Source: an uncultured Rivularia sp.
GTDB taxonomy: Bacteria > Cyanobacteriota > Cyanobacteriia > Cyanobacteriales > Nostocaceae
Direction: 5' to 3'
DNA: 64,000 nt
Assembly: GCA_963665115.1 (NCBI GenBank)
Contig: OY762007.1
Coordinates: 3,072,001-3,136,000, forward strand
The notes under the pieces were generated by a model. It was not told the origin of the DNA. It was given only the letters and a program-made list of their open reading frames with translations, and did not search any database. Made by a program: the position numbers and the translations under genes. Shown here one piece after another: positions 33,221-45,565 of this stretch. How positions within the stretch are numbered: position 1 is the stretch's first letter; the number at the start of each line of letters is the position of its first letter.

Positions 33221-34363
33221 ATGTTTTCTAATAAGATTGTAGCTAATAAGTCTCGTTTTACTTCGTTATTCTCAGTGTTAGCACTTACTGTTACCTTGGC
33301 TGCTTGTGGCGGTGAAGGAACCGATATCGCTGGTGATGGCACTCCTGGTGCTACCGATGTTGCTGCTAGCGCCCCACTGGATTTGGGTGGAGACACGACT
33401 TTGAATGGTGCAGGTGCATCTTTCCCCAGATTACTTTATGAGCGTTGGTTCAAAGATGTTAACGCTAAGTACCCCAATCTCCGAGTTAACTATCAGTCAA
33501 TTGGTAGTGGTGCTGGTGTTAAACAATTTACCGCAGGTACAGTTGACTTTGGTGCCAGCGATGTGGCGATGAAGGATGAAGAAATTGCCAAGGTAGATAG
33601 AGGCGTATTGTTACTACCTATGACTGGTGGTAGCGTTGTATTTGCTTACAACTTACCTGGAGTTGAAGGAATCAAGTTACCTCGTGCGGTTTATACCGAT
33701 ATTTTACTTAGTAAGATTACTAAGTGGAATGACCCTAAAATTGCTGCGGCTAACCCCGGAGTTAATCTTCCCGACCAGAATATTACAGTCATATATCGTT
33801 CCGACGGTAGTGGTACAACTGCTGTATTAACAAAGCACTTGAGCGCTATTAGCCCAGATTGGAAGAGCGGTCCCGGTGAAGGTAAGACTGTATCATGGCC
33901 CGGTGGAATTGGCGCTAAAGGTAATGAAGGTATTACTGCTCAAATTAAGCAAACTCCTGGTTCTATTGGTTATGTAGAGTACGGTTACGCTAAAAACCAA
34001 GGTCTGACTATGGCGACTTTGGAAAATAAAGCGGGCAAATTTGTTGAACCAAGTGACGAAGCTGCATCTAAAGCTTTGGGAGCAATCGAACTACCAGAAA
34101 ATCTTCGTGCTTTTATTGACGATCCAGAAGGAGATGAAGTTTATCCCATCGTTACCTATACCTGGCTCTTGGCTTACAAGAAGTATGACAACCCTGCAAC
34201 AGCGAAAGCAGTTGAAGCAATGGTTGAATATGGTTTAACTGAAGGTCAAAAAGCTGCTCCCGAACTCGGTTACGTTCCTTTACCTCAAAATGTAGTTGAG
34301 AAGGTTGCTGCTGCTGCTGATACAATCAGCCCCGAGTACAACATTAACGTTGCTGCCAAATAG
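33221..34363 (+). CDS. pstS: Phosphate ABC transporter substrate-binding lipoprotein
   Basis: Lipobox LAAC; GAGASFP, YQSIGSGAG, RSDGSGTT. Confidence 0.96.
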   Translation: MFSNKIVANKSRFTSLFSVLALTVTLAACGGEGTDIAGDGTPGATDVAASAPLDLGGDTTLNGAGASFPRLLYERWFKDVNAKYPNLRVNYQSIGSGAGVKQFTAGTVDFGASDVAMKDEEIAKVDRGVLLLPMTGGSVVFAYNLPGVEGIKLPRAVYTDILLSKITKWNDPKIAAANPGVNLPDQNITVIYRSDGSGTTAVLTKHLSAISPDWKSGPGEGKTVSWPGGIGAKGNEGITAQIKQTPGSIGYVEYGYAKNQGLTMATLENKAGKFVEPSDEAASKALGAIELPENLRAFIDDPEGDEVYPIVTYTWLLAYKKYDNPATAKAVEAMVEYGLTEGQKAAPELGYVPLPQNVVEKVAAAADTISPEYNINVAAK

Positions 34364-34474
34364 TAAGTCCACTTAAGTGTGATTTTTTGGACTGCATTTC
34401 ATCAATAATTGATTAGTCAAGGAATAATGTGGTTCGCTGCCACATTTTCTCTATTACATGGGTATAGTTTTTTT

Positions 34475-35437
34475 ATGAGTACATCAGCCCAAGGTAGACA
34501 AACAGACGGTAAAAATCGCTCTGAAGCAGATAGAACCCTCGATCGTAGCTTTATTTGGACGACGCGAATTTTCGCTTTCGGTATTGCCGCAGTTTTAGTA
34601 TGGATCGGATACGAGGTTGGCGTTCAGGCAATTCCAGCATTAAAGGAATTTGGTGGAGGATTTTTATTCACCAGCGATTGGAACCCACCAAGAAGTCTGT
34701 ACGGAGTACTACCACAAATCTACGGAACTTTAGCTAGTTCTTTTATCGGTTTGTTGATAGCCGTACCGATTGGCATTGGCACAGCAGTTTTGTTAAGCGA
34801 AAATATATTGCCTCTGTCATTACGAACTGCACTGGTTTTTCTAGTAGAACTCCTCGCAGCGATTCCCAGCGTCGTCTATGGTTTATGGGGAATTTTCGTT
34901 TTAATTCCTTTTTTAGGGACTTTTGGTACGTGGCTTAATCAATACTTGGGTTGGATACCACTCTTTAGTCGTCCCGAATCGGGAGCAATTGGTGGCCCGG
35001 GATTATTACCTGCTGGAATTATTCTGGCAATTATGACTTTGCCGATTATTACAGCAATTTCTCGCGATGCTTTGGCTTCCGTACCTCGTAGTTTGCGCGA
35101 AGCTGCTTATGGATTGGGATGTACCCGTTGGGAAACACTTTTAAAAGTAATTATTCCAGCGGCATTTTCCGGTATTGTCAGTGCTGTAATGCTAGCACTT
35201 GGTCGAGCAATGGGAGAAACAATGGCTGTAACCATGTTGATTGGTAACTCCAACAGAATTAGTCCTTCCCTATTTGCACCTAGCAATACAATTGCTTCTT
35301 TGTTAGCAAATCAGTTCGCAGAAGCTGGTGGTTTACAAATCAGTGCTTTGATGTACGCTGCATTTGTGCTGTTTATATTAACTTTGATTGTCAATATTAT
35401 GGCAGAGTTAATAGTATTGCGGGTTGGGCGACTGTAA
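34475..35437 (+). CDS. pstC: Phosphate ABC transporter permease
   Basis: ELLAAIPSVVYGLWG, GRAMGETMAV. Confidence 0.95.
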   Translation: MSTSAQGRQTDGKNRSEADRTLDRSFIWTTRIFAFGIAAVLVWIGYEVGVQAIPALKEFGGGFLFTSDWNPPRSLYGVLPQIYGTLASSFIGLLIAVPIGIGTAVLLSENILPLSLRTALVFLVELLAAIPSVVYGLWGIFVLIPFLGTFGTWLNQYLGWIPLFSRPESGAIGGPGLLPAGIILAIMTLPIITAISRDALASVPRSLREAAYGLGCTRWETLLKVIIPAAFSGIVSAVMLALGRAMGETMAVTMLIGNSNRISPSLFAPSNTIASLLANQFAEAGGLQISALMYAAFVLFILTLIVNIMAELIVLRVGRL

Positions 35438-35456
35438 TTTATTGGTATGTTCAATT

Positions 35457-36350
35457 ATGTCTTCTAGTTATTCAGAGCAGCCAGGGGGATTTACACGGGG
35501 TAGCTTAAATGGTTCTTCGAGTTCTCCCCGGACATTATTTAACAATGTAATGAATGGTGTCATATTTGCTTGCGGAGCTTTAGCTTTGTTGCCTTTGATG
35601 TTAGTCCTTTCTTACTTGCTGTTCAAAGGTTTCAGTAGCTTAAGCTTAGACTTGTTCACCAAATTACCTCCAGCACCTCTGGATAAAGGTGGTGGTTTTG
35701 CTAACGCCATCATCGGTACCGCGATTATGGTTGGAATTGGGACTGCAATCAGCGTACCTATCGGAGTTGCAGCAGCGGTTTATCTGACAGAATTTAGTAA
35801 AGGAAAAACAGCCCGTTGGATTCGATTCGCTACCAACGTTTTGAGCGGTGTTCCTTCGATTATCGCTGGGGTTGTTACCTACGGTATTTTAGTTGCAACC
35901 AAAATTACTGGATATTCGGCGATCGCCGGTGGCGTTGCTCTATCAATTTTGATGTTGCCGATTATCGTCAGAACTACAGACGAAGCTTTGCAATTAGTTT
36001 CCAACGATTTGAGACAAGCTGCTGTAGGAATAGGAGCTACTAACTATCAAACAGTTTTACAAGTAGTATTACCTTCAGCTTTACCTTCAATTGTAACTGG
36101 CGTAACCTTGTCTGTTGCCCGTGCTGCTGGAGAAACCGCACCTCTAATTTTTACCGCTTTGTTCTCCTCATTTTGGTTGAGAAGTTTAACCGATGAACCA
36201 GTGGCTTCTCTTGCTGTTTTGGTTTATAACTTTGCCACATCTTTTGACCAAAATCAACAATCCGTTGCTTGGGCTGCGTCTTTAGTTTTAGTACTAATGG
36301 TTTTGATTGCTAGCATTATTGCTCGCTTCACAACTCGCAGCAAATCTTAA
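35457..36350 (+). CDS. pstA: Phosphate ABC transporter permease
   Basis: LSGVPSIIAG, ARAAGETAPL. Confidence 0.95.
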   Translation: MSSSYSEQPGGFTRGSLNGSSSSPRTLFNNVMNGVIFACGALALLPLMLVLSYLLFKGFSSLSLDLFTKLPPAPLDKGGGFANAIIGTAIMVGIGTAISVPIGVAAAVYLTEFSKGKTARWIRFATNVLSGVPSIIAGVVTYGILVATKITGYSAIAGGVALSILMLPIIVRTTDEALQLVSNDLRQAAVGIGATNYQTVLQVVLPSALPSIVTGVTLSVARAAGETAPLIFTALFSSFWLRSLTDEPVASLAVLVYNFATSFDQNQQSVAWAASLVLVLMVLIASIIARFTTRSKS

Positions 36351-36510
36351 TTAATTGCATAGAAAAAGTTATATTTGGGTTAGATTGAAGGCAGTATCAT
36401 TTTTCCCAAAATAACAAACTTCCTAAAATAATTAACGGGTATTAGAAAAGGCATCGATAAGACTGAAATTAACAGCTTTGTAGCTTTCGGAGAAGAAATT
36501 AATTGCCATT

Positions 36511-37317
36511 ATGACTACACATACTTCCACCGTGCAAGACACTCAAACAGTATTACGGACAGAAGCACTAAACGTTTACTACGGTAAATTTTTAGCACTA
36601 AAAGATATCTATATGGATATCCCCAAAAATCAAGTAACAGCTTTTATTGGTCCTTCTGGATGCGGTAAAAGTACTTTACTTAGATGCTTTAACCGTCTCA
36701 ACGACATGATTGACGTATTTCGTGCAGAAGGTAAAGTTTTATACAATGGGGAGAATTTGTATGCACCCAAAATTGACCCTGTAGAAGTTCGTCGTAGAAT
36801 CGGGATGGTATTCCAAAAACCAAACCCCTTTCCTAAGTCAATCAAAGAAAATATTACTTTTGGAGCCAAAATTAACGGTTACAAAGGTGATATGGATGAA
36901 TTAGTGGAACGCTCTCTCAAAGGAGCTGCTTTATGGACTGAAGTTAAAGACAAGTTAAACCAAAGCGGTTTATCCATATCTGGGGGACAACAGCAGCGTT
37001 TGTGTATCGCTCGCGCGATCGCAGTTCAGCCTGATGTAATTTTAATGGATGAACCTTGTTCTGCTCTTGACCCCATTTCTACTTTACAAGTAGAAGATTT
37101 GATCAAGGAACTTAAAGAGCAATTTACTGTCGTTATCGTTACTCACAATATGCAGCAAGCATCGCGAGTATCGGACATGACAGGCTTTTTCAACGTCCAA
37201 ACGGGGGAAACAGGAGGTCGTACAGGTTACTTGGTAGAATACGATCGCACTGAGACAATTTTCCAAAATCCCCAGCAACAAGATACCAAAGAATATATCA
37301 GCGGTAAGTTTGGCTAA
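36511..37317 (+). CDS. pstB: Phosphate ABC transporter ATPase
   Basis: [39 protein letters not shown]. Confidence 0.97.
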   Translation: MTTHTSTVQDTQTVLRTEALNVYYGKFLALKDIYMDIPKNQVTAFIGPSGCGKSTLLRCFNRLNDMIDVFRAEGKVLYNGENLYAPKIDPVEVRRRIGMVFQKPNPFPKSIKENITFGAKINGYKGDMDELVERSLKGAALWTEVKDKLNQSGLSISGGQQQRLCIARAIAVQPDVILMDEPCSALDPISTLQVEDLIKELKEQFTVVIVTHNMQQASRVSDMTGFFNVQTGETGGRTGYLVEYDRTETIFQNPQQQDTKEYISGKFG

Positions 37318-37366
37318 TTGTTGGATATTTTGCTGACGGGCAGCATTGAAATATGTCGAACATAAT

Positions 37367-37402
37367 AAAATAACTCCTAGCTGATATCTGGGAGTTATTT
37401 TT
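37367..37402. terminator. Probable bidirectional terminator between pstB and the tRNA
   Basis: AAAATAACTCCTAG / CTGGGAGTTATTTTT. Confidence 0.7.
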
Positions 37403-37438
37403 GCTTTTGCTTTTATTTAATTTTGAAATAGTTTCAAA

Positions 37439-37509
37439 AGCGGGCGGCGGGAATCGAATCCGCATCATTAGCTTGGAAGGCTAAGGTTTTACCACTAAAC
37501 TACGCCCGC
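37439..37509 (-). tRNA. tRNA-Gly(TCC)
   Basis: GCGGGCGTAGTTTAGTGGTAAAACCTTAGCCTTCCAAGCTAATGATGCGGATTCGATTCCCGCCGCCCGCT; 71 nt, anticodon TCC. Confidence 0.93.
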
Positions 37510-37572
37510 ATTATTTTTTCCAACCTTAATATTATATTACAGTTGTAGAGAAAAATCAAGCTAATAAAAATT

Positions 37573-38836
37573 TTAATTTGAACTGCTTTGGATATTCACA
37601 CGTATGGGCAAATAACTTAAGTCAGGTTTGTTACCGTTATCTTCACTTGCGGGAATAAATTTCTGACCGTTGAAAATTTTCTCGGCATATTCTTGATATT
37701 GGCTTCTTTGCGCTAAAGGTATTTGTTTATCTACCTCTATAGATAATAAATTGCCTTGATTATCAATCGTCAGCCATACCAAAAAATCTCCAAGCTGCAA
37801 ATTGCCATTTTCAGGAGGAGGAAGCGGAATATCGCTATTAACTCTTTTTTGGGGTTTTGCAAGATTATCGGGTTTACCTTTAAAAAAAGTATCAGTTTCT
37901 ATATTCCAACTCGCTGTTAATATTCCACCGCTTTGATTGAGTTGAGTTTCCTGGTTATCGTTGAGTGGGATTTCCTCATCTTGATTATTTTTAACTGGTG
38001 AATCAGGGGTTTCTTGGTTTACTGAAGCTTTCTTTACAGTTCCCCCAAACTTATCTACTATTGGAGCGGTTATTTCTTCACCATCCCTAAGATTTTGCTG
38101 CTCGTCGGCTTCTCGTCGGCTCTGGGCTTCTCTTAGACGCTGCTGTTTCTGCTTCAAATTCTTCTTGTTGGGCTTCTCTTAAACGTTGCTGTTCTGCTTC
38201 TTTTCTTTGTTGGGCTTCCTGTTCAAGCTGCTGGGCTTCTAGTTGTTGCTGTTTCTGTTCTAATTTCCTTTGTTGCTCTTGTTCTCTTTGACGTAATCGA
38301 GCTTCAACTTTTTCTTGTTGAGCTTGTCTTTGACGTAATTGTTGTGCTAATTGACGCTGTTGGTTTGCTTCTAACTGACGCTGTTGTTCTGCTAATTGCT
38401 GCTGCTGTAATAATTCTTGCTGACGTTGTTGTTCGGCTAATTGCTGTTCGATTTTTTGATTATCAAAAGCAATAGCATCTTGATCGTTCGTAATTACAGG
38501 AGGTTTAACCACGTTTGGTAAAGCAGGAGGTTGTGAATTTTGAGGAAGAATCGGTTTTGATGGCTTTGGTATTACTGCTTTTGGTTTTGGTTTTGGTTTG
38601 GGTTTTGGTTGAACTGGTGATGATTTTTGTGGAGAAATTTCAATAAATTCAATCGGAACAGCAACATCGGAGCCAGATTGTGATGCAGAAAGTTTATATA
38701 GACTAATAAGCCAGAACGCCAGCAGATGCAAGATAAGTGAACCACAAACAAATGTAATCCACCCGAAAGGTGAATCTGTTTGTCGTCTCCAGGTTTTTTC
38801 TGGAATTGAAGTTTTTTCTACAACCGATTGTGTCAT
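37573..38836 (-). CDS. TonB/TolA-like membrane-anchored protein; +1 frameshift at about 38147
   Basis: N-terminal TM with SLILH, (PK)n linker, Q/E coiled coil, TonB-C-like end (VWLTIDNQGNL); ORFs join at EAE|QQRLREAQ. Confidence 0.65.
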
Positions 38837-39086
38837 ATATAGAAATCCGTTTTGATTTCTGTTAGCGCAAGCGTGGCGGAGCCATATAACTCGTGGGGGC
38901 TAGATAACAGGGAACAGGGAACAGCGAATAGAAGATATACAATATTTTTTCAAAATTAAAGTAGGAGTCCTATATCTCTAGTATCTATACTAAACATCGG
39001 AAAAATAGCGGGCGTTCTTATAAATCCTACCGCGATTAAAAAGATACATTACTTTTTTGACGTTTCTCCGAATAATAACTCGTCTT

Positions 39087-42000
39087 TTATTCTAGCGAAC
39101 GGACTACTATCTCTGGAGTCACGGCGAAAGTTAGAACTGTTTCATCTATTCCCTTCAACTCTAATGGTTTACCCTTAATAATTTCTTCTTCTTCCAAATA
39201 ATCAGCAACAGCAGCAGAAACAAGAATAGTACCAGGGTCGGCAGCACCTTGCAAACGAGAGGCAATATTTACAGAAGGACCAATAGCAGTGTAATCGGCG
39301 CGTTCGGAACTACCAAACATTCCCACAACCGCCGTACCTTGATGAATGCCGCAACGAAACTGAAGTCCACTACGTCCATCGCTATCAAAAATACCTTGCG
39401 ATCGCCAACGTTCGTTCAACTCAGAAAGACCGCGTAACATTGCTCTAGAAGTATCTACGGCTCGGCGTACCTGTTCGTTAGGCGTGAGTTCTTCTGGCGC
39501 TCCATATAAAGCCAAAATAGCATCTCCCATAAATTTATCTACGGTTCCGCCATTATCAAATACAGCCTTTGTCATAGCTTCTAGGTATTCATTTAGCAAT
39601 TCTGCAACTTTCCGCGACCTTAAAGTATTAGATAATTGAGTAAAACCAACTATATCGCTAAATAAAACTGTAATTAAACGGGGTTCCGGCCGCAAATCTA
39701 GAACCAGTTCTCCTTGCTGCGCTTTTTGCACTAAAACAGGAGGTAAAAATCGCTGAAGTACTGATTCTGTTAAATAAGTATTTAATTCCAGAACTTTGCG
39801 TTCGTTTTCTTTTAAAGCTAAGAGATTTCGTGCTTCTGCTAGAAGTTCTCTATCGTTAAATGGTTTAGCTAAATAAGCATCTGCACCACGTTCGGTTCCT
39901 TCAATACGAGTATCTTCATCAACTTTTGCAGTCAGCAGAATAATTGGTATTCCTTTGAGTGTCTCCTCGGAGCGTATCATCCGAATCATCTCTAATCCGG
40001 TGACTAGAGGCATCATTAAGTCGGTGACAATCAAATTGGGCAACAATTCTTTGGCTATATGAAAACCTTCCGAACCGTTTCGGGCTGTTTGTACTTGATA
40101 ACCGTTTGCGCGAAGAATACTAGATACATAAGCTCGCATATCGGGATTATCATCTACAACCAACACTAATTGTCCTTTTTCAGTTTTCAAATCTGAAGGA
40201 GAATTAAGACTTGCAGATAACAATTCCTGGGGAATTTCAAAATTACCAATATGACTATCTGCTGATTCTATTAATTCTAAATCGGCTAATTCCACAGCAG
40301 CACGACTGACGTTAACTTTACTCTCAGTTTCTACGACTTGGGAAGCATTTAAGTGAGCGCTTCCTGAAGGTAGAGATATGGTAAAATTAGTGCCGCTTTC
40401 ATAAATAGAATCGACAGTAACTGTACCTCCGTGAACTTCCACCAACTCTTTAACCAAAGCCAAACCTAAACCCGTTCCTTCATAAGAACGATTTTCTGAA
40501 CCTTCAGCTTGACGAAAACGTTCAAATAAGTGGGGAATTTGTTCTTTGGCAATACCAATTCCAGTATCTTCTACTTGTAAAACACAATCCGAACCAGTGT
40601 ACTGCAATCTAACAGTAATACTACCGTTTTGAGGAGTAAACTTCATGGCATTCGATAGCAGATTGTAAACCACCTTATCGAATTTTTCTATATCTAAATA
40701 AACCGCAGGACATTCATCTAATTCAGTTACCAGATTTAAATCTTTTTTCTCACAGTATGGACGGAACGACTCAACAATTTGACTGACAAATTCAACTAAA
40801 TCGCACTTGCGGAAACTAGGCTGCATTCTCCCAGCATCCAAACGCTGCAAATCCAAAAGTTGATTTACCAGTCGCAGCAATCGCCTCGAATTACGCAGAG
40901 CAATGGTACTTTGTTCGTGAGATAATCCTTCACCCGTGCTAACAGCAGACTCCAAAGGACCTTGAATTAAAGTGATTGGAGTGCGGAATTCGTGGGAAAT
41001 ATTCTGAAAAAATTCAGTTTTTTGTTTATCTAATTCCAGCAAACGTTCGGCTTGTTGGCGAGTTTTTTGATAAAGCCGAGACTGTTGAACTGCAAGGGCT
41101 GCTTGAACTGCGACAGATGCAGCTAACTCTACTTCCGGTTTTAACCAATGCCGTTCTTTTCTACTTTGTCTTAGGCTAATACTGCCAATAATTTTTCCAT
41201 CGGCAAGTAATGGAACTACCATCAACGAGCGAGTAGCCATTTTTAAAGGTAAATCAAAACCTTTTACTTGGGTAGAGTAATCCTTAAGATCGGTAATAAT
41301 TACCGGCTCCTGAGTTTGCAAGATTTTTTGCAGTATTTGATTTCCCGTCAGGGGTGCCAAAGACTGCGGTAATTGATGAGGGCTGGGTTTTACTTTTCCG
41401 TTTGAATTAGAGTTACTGCCAATCTCTACTTGAGAACTATCGTACAAACCAACACACTCAACAAATTCATCTTCGGCAGTCCATAAAGATAAAACGCAGC
41501 CATCTACCTGTAAAGCTTGTCCCAGTTGTTCGGTAATAGCAGCAAAGATTTCTTGAGGATCTAAGCTAGAACGGATGGCGCTAGTAATTGTATTAATTAA
41601 TGCTTCCCGTTGAGCAAGAGCGTGTACCTGCTCGTAAGCCCGAGCTTGAGATAAAGCTAATGCTGCCTGATTTGCTACCATCACTACTAACTGCACGTCA
41701 TCTTCCTCCCAATCACGGGATTCTTTAGACTGGTGCAATGCCAAAACTGCCATCAACTCTTGCTGACAAATTAGCGGCACTACTAAAGTAGAGCAAATTT
41801 GAGCATTTTCATAAACTTGAGCGCGATCGCTGTTTTCTGGAGTATCTCCTTGAACGCGTTCATCTGTTGTTGCATCAGAAATTACCTGAACTTCGCGGGT
41901 TTCCCATACCGTATGGGCTAACAGTTGGGCTGAGAAAGTCAGAAAATTTGATTCAACAACTTCAACAACTTCATTTTTATCCTTTACCTCGTTCGATAAT

Positions 42001-42618
42001 TCTTCTTCAAGATTTTTTTGAAAAATAAAACCTTCATTAACTAAATATCCATTTTGGAAGGGACGTAAAAGACATACATCGACTTCCAACATATGACCTA
42101 CATTATCTACAATCGCTTGGAGAATTTGCCGATAATCTAAGGCACCACGAATGGTATTAGTTAGAGAATTGAGCAGCGATTCTTGACGTAATGTACGGGT
42201 TAATTCGTAAGTACGCGCTCTAAGAACATTATGAGTATCTAAAGCTTGTCTTACTACTGCTTTAAGTTCTTCTGCTTCCCACGGCTTGGTTACATATTTG
42301 AAAACCTTGCCAGCATTTATGGCTTCCACCAAGTCTTCGACATCAGTGTAGCCAGTTAAGATAATCCGGATAATATCCGGATATTGAGTAGCTGTCAGGC
42401 TCAAGAATTCTGTACCACTCATCATTGGCATTCGCTGATCGGAGATAATTACTGATATATCTCCTTCTTTTGCCAACAATTCCAATGCTGCCGGGGCCAC
42501 TTATAGCTCGCAGCACCTTATATTCTCGATAAAAGGTACGGTATAGCAGATCGAGGTTGTCGGGTTCGTCATCAACAACCAATATTTTTGGCTTTTTTTT
42601 GTTTGCTTGGGATTTCAT
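39087..42618 (-). CDS. cyaC: Hybrid adenylate cyclase REC-GAF-GAF-HisKA-HATPase-REC-cyclase; +1 frameshift at about 42495
   Basis: ILVVDDEPDN, ISDQRMP, SHEFRTP, GTGLGL, LFSDIVGFT, DKFMGDA, VNIASRLQ; CyaC architecture. Confidence 0.9.
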
Positions 42619-44080
42619 GCACCGCTTCCATGCAGTAACGGCAGTTGGATAAACAATTTAATTGGGTAAGAATGTTTTAACATTCGATCTAATGGCACAA
42701 CATTGCAACTGCAATCGGCAATCGCGCTTGTTTAAAGCTAACTTTCTTCGTCGTGAACTCCGAAGGCGAGGCTAACAGAGGTGCCGACTACCATTAATTA
42801 GAAAGTAATACGCCCCCAATGCGTTTCATACTCACTTTTAGTTTTAAAGAATCGATATCTTATAGCCAAATTTTTCTTCACCCCCAGCGATAATTTTTGA
42901 ACTAGATGTACGGCTAACAAAGCTGATTGAATTAATCCACCCAGCATCTGTTATATTAGTTTTCCCGACTTAGCACCAACACTAACATCTGACCGCAATT
43001 TTTATTGATGACAAGCGCAATCTAATTAGTATTATTACTTAAACAATTAGAATAAAAGTATTTATATATACTAATAATTATAGCGCTTGCCTGGATATAC
43101 AATCTCAAAATAGTACCGTAGATAGATTTATGCTGTATCAATTAAATCATAAGTATATATGTCAAGAAAATCATAGTCAGCGTTTAAATTATCCTGTTTC
43201 AGTTATAAAAGAAATACTGGTGACTTATATAAACTACTTGTAAATTATGCAGTCATTGCGTATGCAGGTGCCACAGCTTACTATAGCTAGTTTGTTTATT
43301 GCCAGTCTAGCAATCCCAGCAGGCGCTTGTATTCTATTAAGCATTCAATGTAACAATTAAACTTATAGCTTCCATAGTGGATTGCACGAAAAATTTTCGC
43401 CCTTTGTAAGGGTTAAAAGCGTACTCATAACGAAGGCAGGCACGATTTATATCGATAGTTAAGAAGCGAAAGGCATAAAATATGGATTAAAATGTTTATT
43501 CGCTATGTCATGCCCCAAGAAGCTCTTGACTGAAGACCTGACATTATATGAAGTCTACCCTTGGGAGTAATTTACTTGCATTACTTGGCGTAAAAAGTGC
43601 GGCATTTGATAAAGAAATTGTTACTATCAATAGTCAGGAGGGTAAGAGAGCATCTGTCATACAAGAAGGAATTTGTCTAAAAATGTAGGAATTGCCGAAC
43701 ATAATTAACGCCTTGGAATGCACTATAGTTATCCCTATAGTAGAAAAAAGACGTTTTCCTTTATCTACAAACTAGTTTAATTATCTGTGTTGCTACTTGA
43801 AATCGATAGTTTCCCGGTGGTTTGAGCTTATAGTTGTAATCCCGAAGCGTTCCAAGACAGGTCAGAATGAAACGATTTAATGGATTTATATATCAGGCGG
43901 AGCAAGGATATTAATCTGTAAAAATTCCTGTATTTGCAGTATTTTTATCTATTTATATGATTCTTATCTTAATCTTTATGTAAAAACACACTCCATGCCA
44001 CGCTCCAATTTTTACATTTTTAAATTCGAGTTTTCATCTAAAGACGATAGTGTTTTACGATATTTAACTCACATTCATCA

Positions 44081-44722
44081 ATGAATAACTTAAACACCTT
44101 ATTAGCCTTGACTCCTTCGTTTTCTCTTCCATCTCACCAAAAGCCAGTTGCGGTAGCTACTAACCCCATTCCCTCTGGGTTACAAATTCGGCTGTGTACT
44201 GCTGCCGATTTGGCTGATGTTGCCCAAATTATTGCCGAAAGCTTTCACTCCCGTCACGGTATATGGGGATGGGCTTTTCCGTTATTGCGTTTGGGCATTT
44301 ACGAAGACTTAAGACATCGTTTGGCCCAATCAGCACCTCATCACGTGTGTTTAGTAGCTGTTGATACTAGCGATCGAGCAAATTTAAATTTAGTTGCGAC
44401 TGTAGAATTGAGCGTGCGTTTGGGCGATACTTGGACTTACACGGGAACCCAAAAAAGTTTTGCCTATTTATCTAATTTAGCCGTACATCCCCAATACCGA
44501 AGGCAAGGAGCAGCTCGTGCGCTATTAACTAGCTGTGAAAAAGTTGCCGCTGACTGGGGATTTAAAGATCTATATCTCCATGTTTTGGAAAATAACCATC
44601 AAGCACGGCAACTTTATTTTAAATTAGGATACCGCATGCACCAGATTGACTCTAATTGGAATACATTTTTCTTTAGACGCTCGCGACAAATTTTACTTTA
44701 CAAACATCTTTTAGACAGTTAA
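44081..44722 (+). CDS. GNAT acetyltransferase
   Basis: YLSNLAVHPQYRRQGAA, NHQARQLYFKLGY. Confidence 0.9.
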   Translation: MNNLNTLLALTPSFSLPSHQKPVAVATNPIPSGLQIRLCTAADLADVAQIIAESFHSRHGIWGWAFPLLRLGIYEDLRHRLAQSAPHHVCLVAVDTSDRANLNLVATVELSVRLGDTWTYTGTQKSFAYLSNLAVHPQYRRQGAARALLTSCEKVAADWGFKDLYLHVLENNHQARQLYFKLGYRMHQIDSNWNTFFFRRSRQILLYKHLLDS

Positions 44723-45565
44723 ATCATTAATATCTAACCTACAAAAAATATTTATAAAAACGTAAATTAATAACTTGACTAAGTATTCACGTGATGTTAA
44801 GCCATTTCTTTAATTAATATAGTTAGCCATATGATGTTCTATCTCAAAAACATTTCATAGTTGTTACTAACATATTTTTTACATTTCTTTATATTGTTTT
44901 TTGAATAAAAACATTTATGCTAAATAGGGCTAGTTACACTAATTCGCCTAGATGTCGTCAGATTTATTAAAAGCTATCTGCATAATTAGGTTTCTGAGCA
45001 ATTCAGGAAAATCGATCCTATTTATATAGTCTACGAACCATTTAGGAGCAATGTAAAAATATAAGGTCACAACAACTTTAGCAAATACTCTCTTTTTTTT
45101 ATCTTTTCTTTAAAATATTGCGGATGTAGTTGTAGTAAGCTAATTTTTGTAGAGATGTTTAACAGCATATAATACCAAATTAGAGACTCTGCTCATAAAA
45201 CGCTGTCATAGTTTTGTATTTGATATAAAAATTTAGATAGCGCAAGCATCTCAAATTAAGTATTATGAGCAATTCAGTAAAATTACACTTAAATTGATTA
45301 ATATTTTACATGAACTTTGTATATAAAATATCTATCTTTATAGAAACTTTAAGTAAACATTCCTGTACTGGAAGACAAATCCAGTTAAATCACATAAAAT
45401 ATGGTTACTCAATAGGTTAATCTAATTAATTTAATTTGAATTTAGTTAAACCGAACAATAAAGCTTTAGATAATAGCAAAACTAAAGCCGTATTCATTGA
45501 TTTAATTACCAATTGCCTGTAACGGTTCGCATAAGTTTCTTTCTTGTTTAAGTTTTTTAGAAAAG

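Noticed and set aside
37439..37573. Integrative element at tRNA-Gly
   Set aside because: No integrase and no duplicated tRNA 3' end seen; the flanking genes are core.
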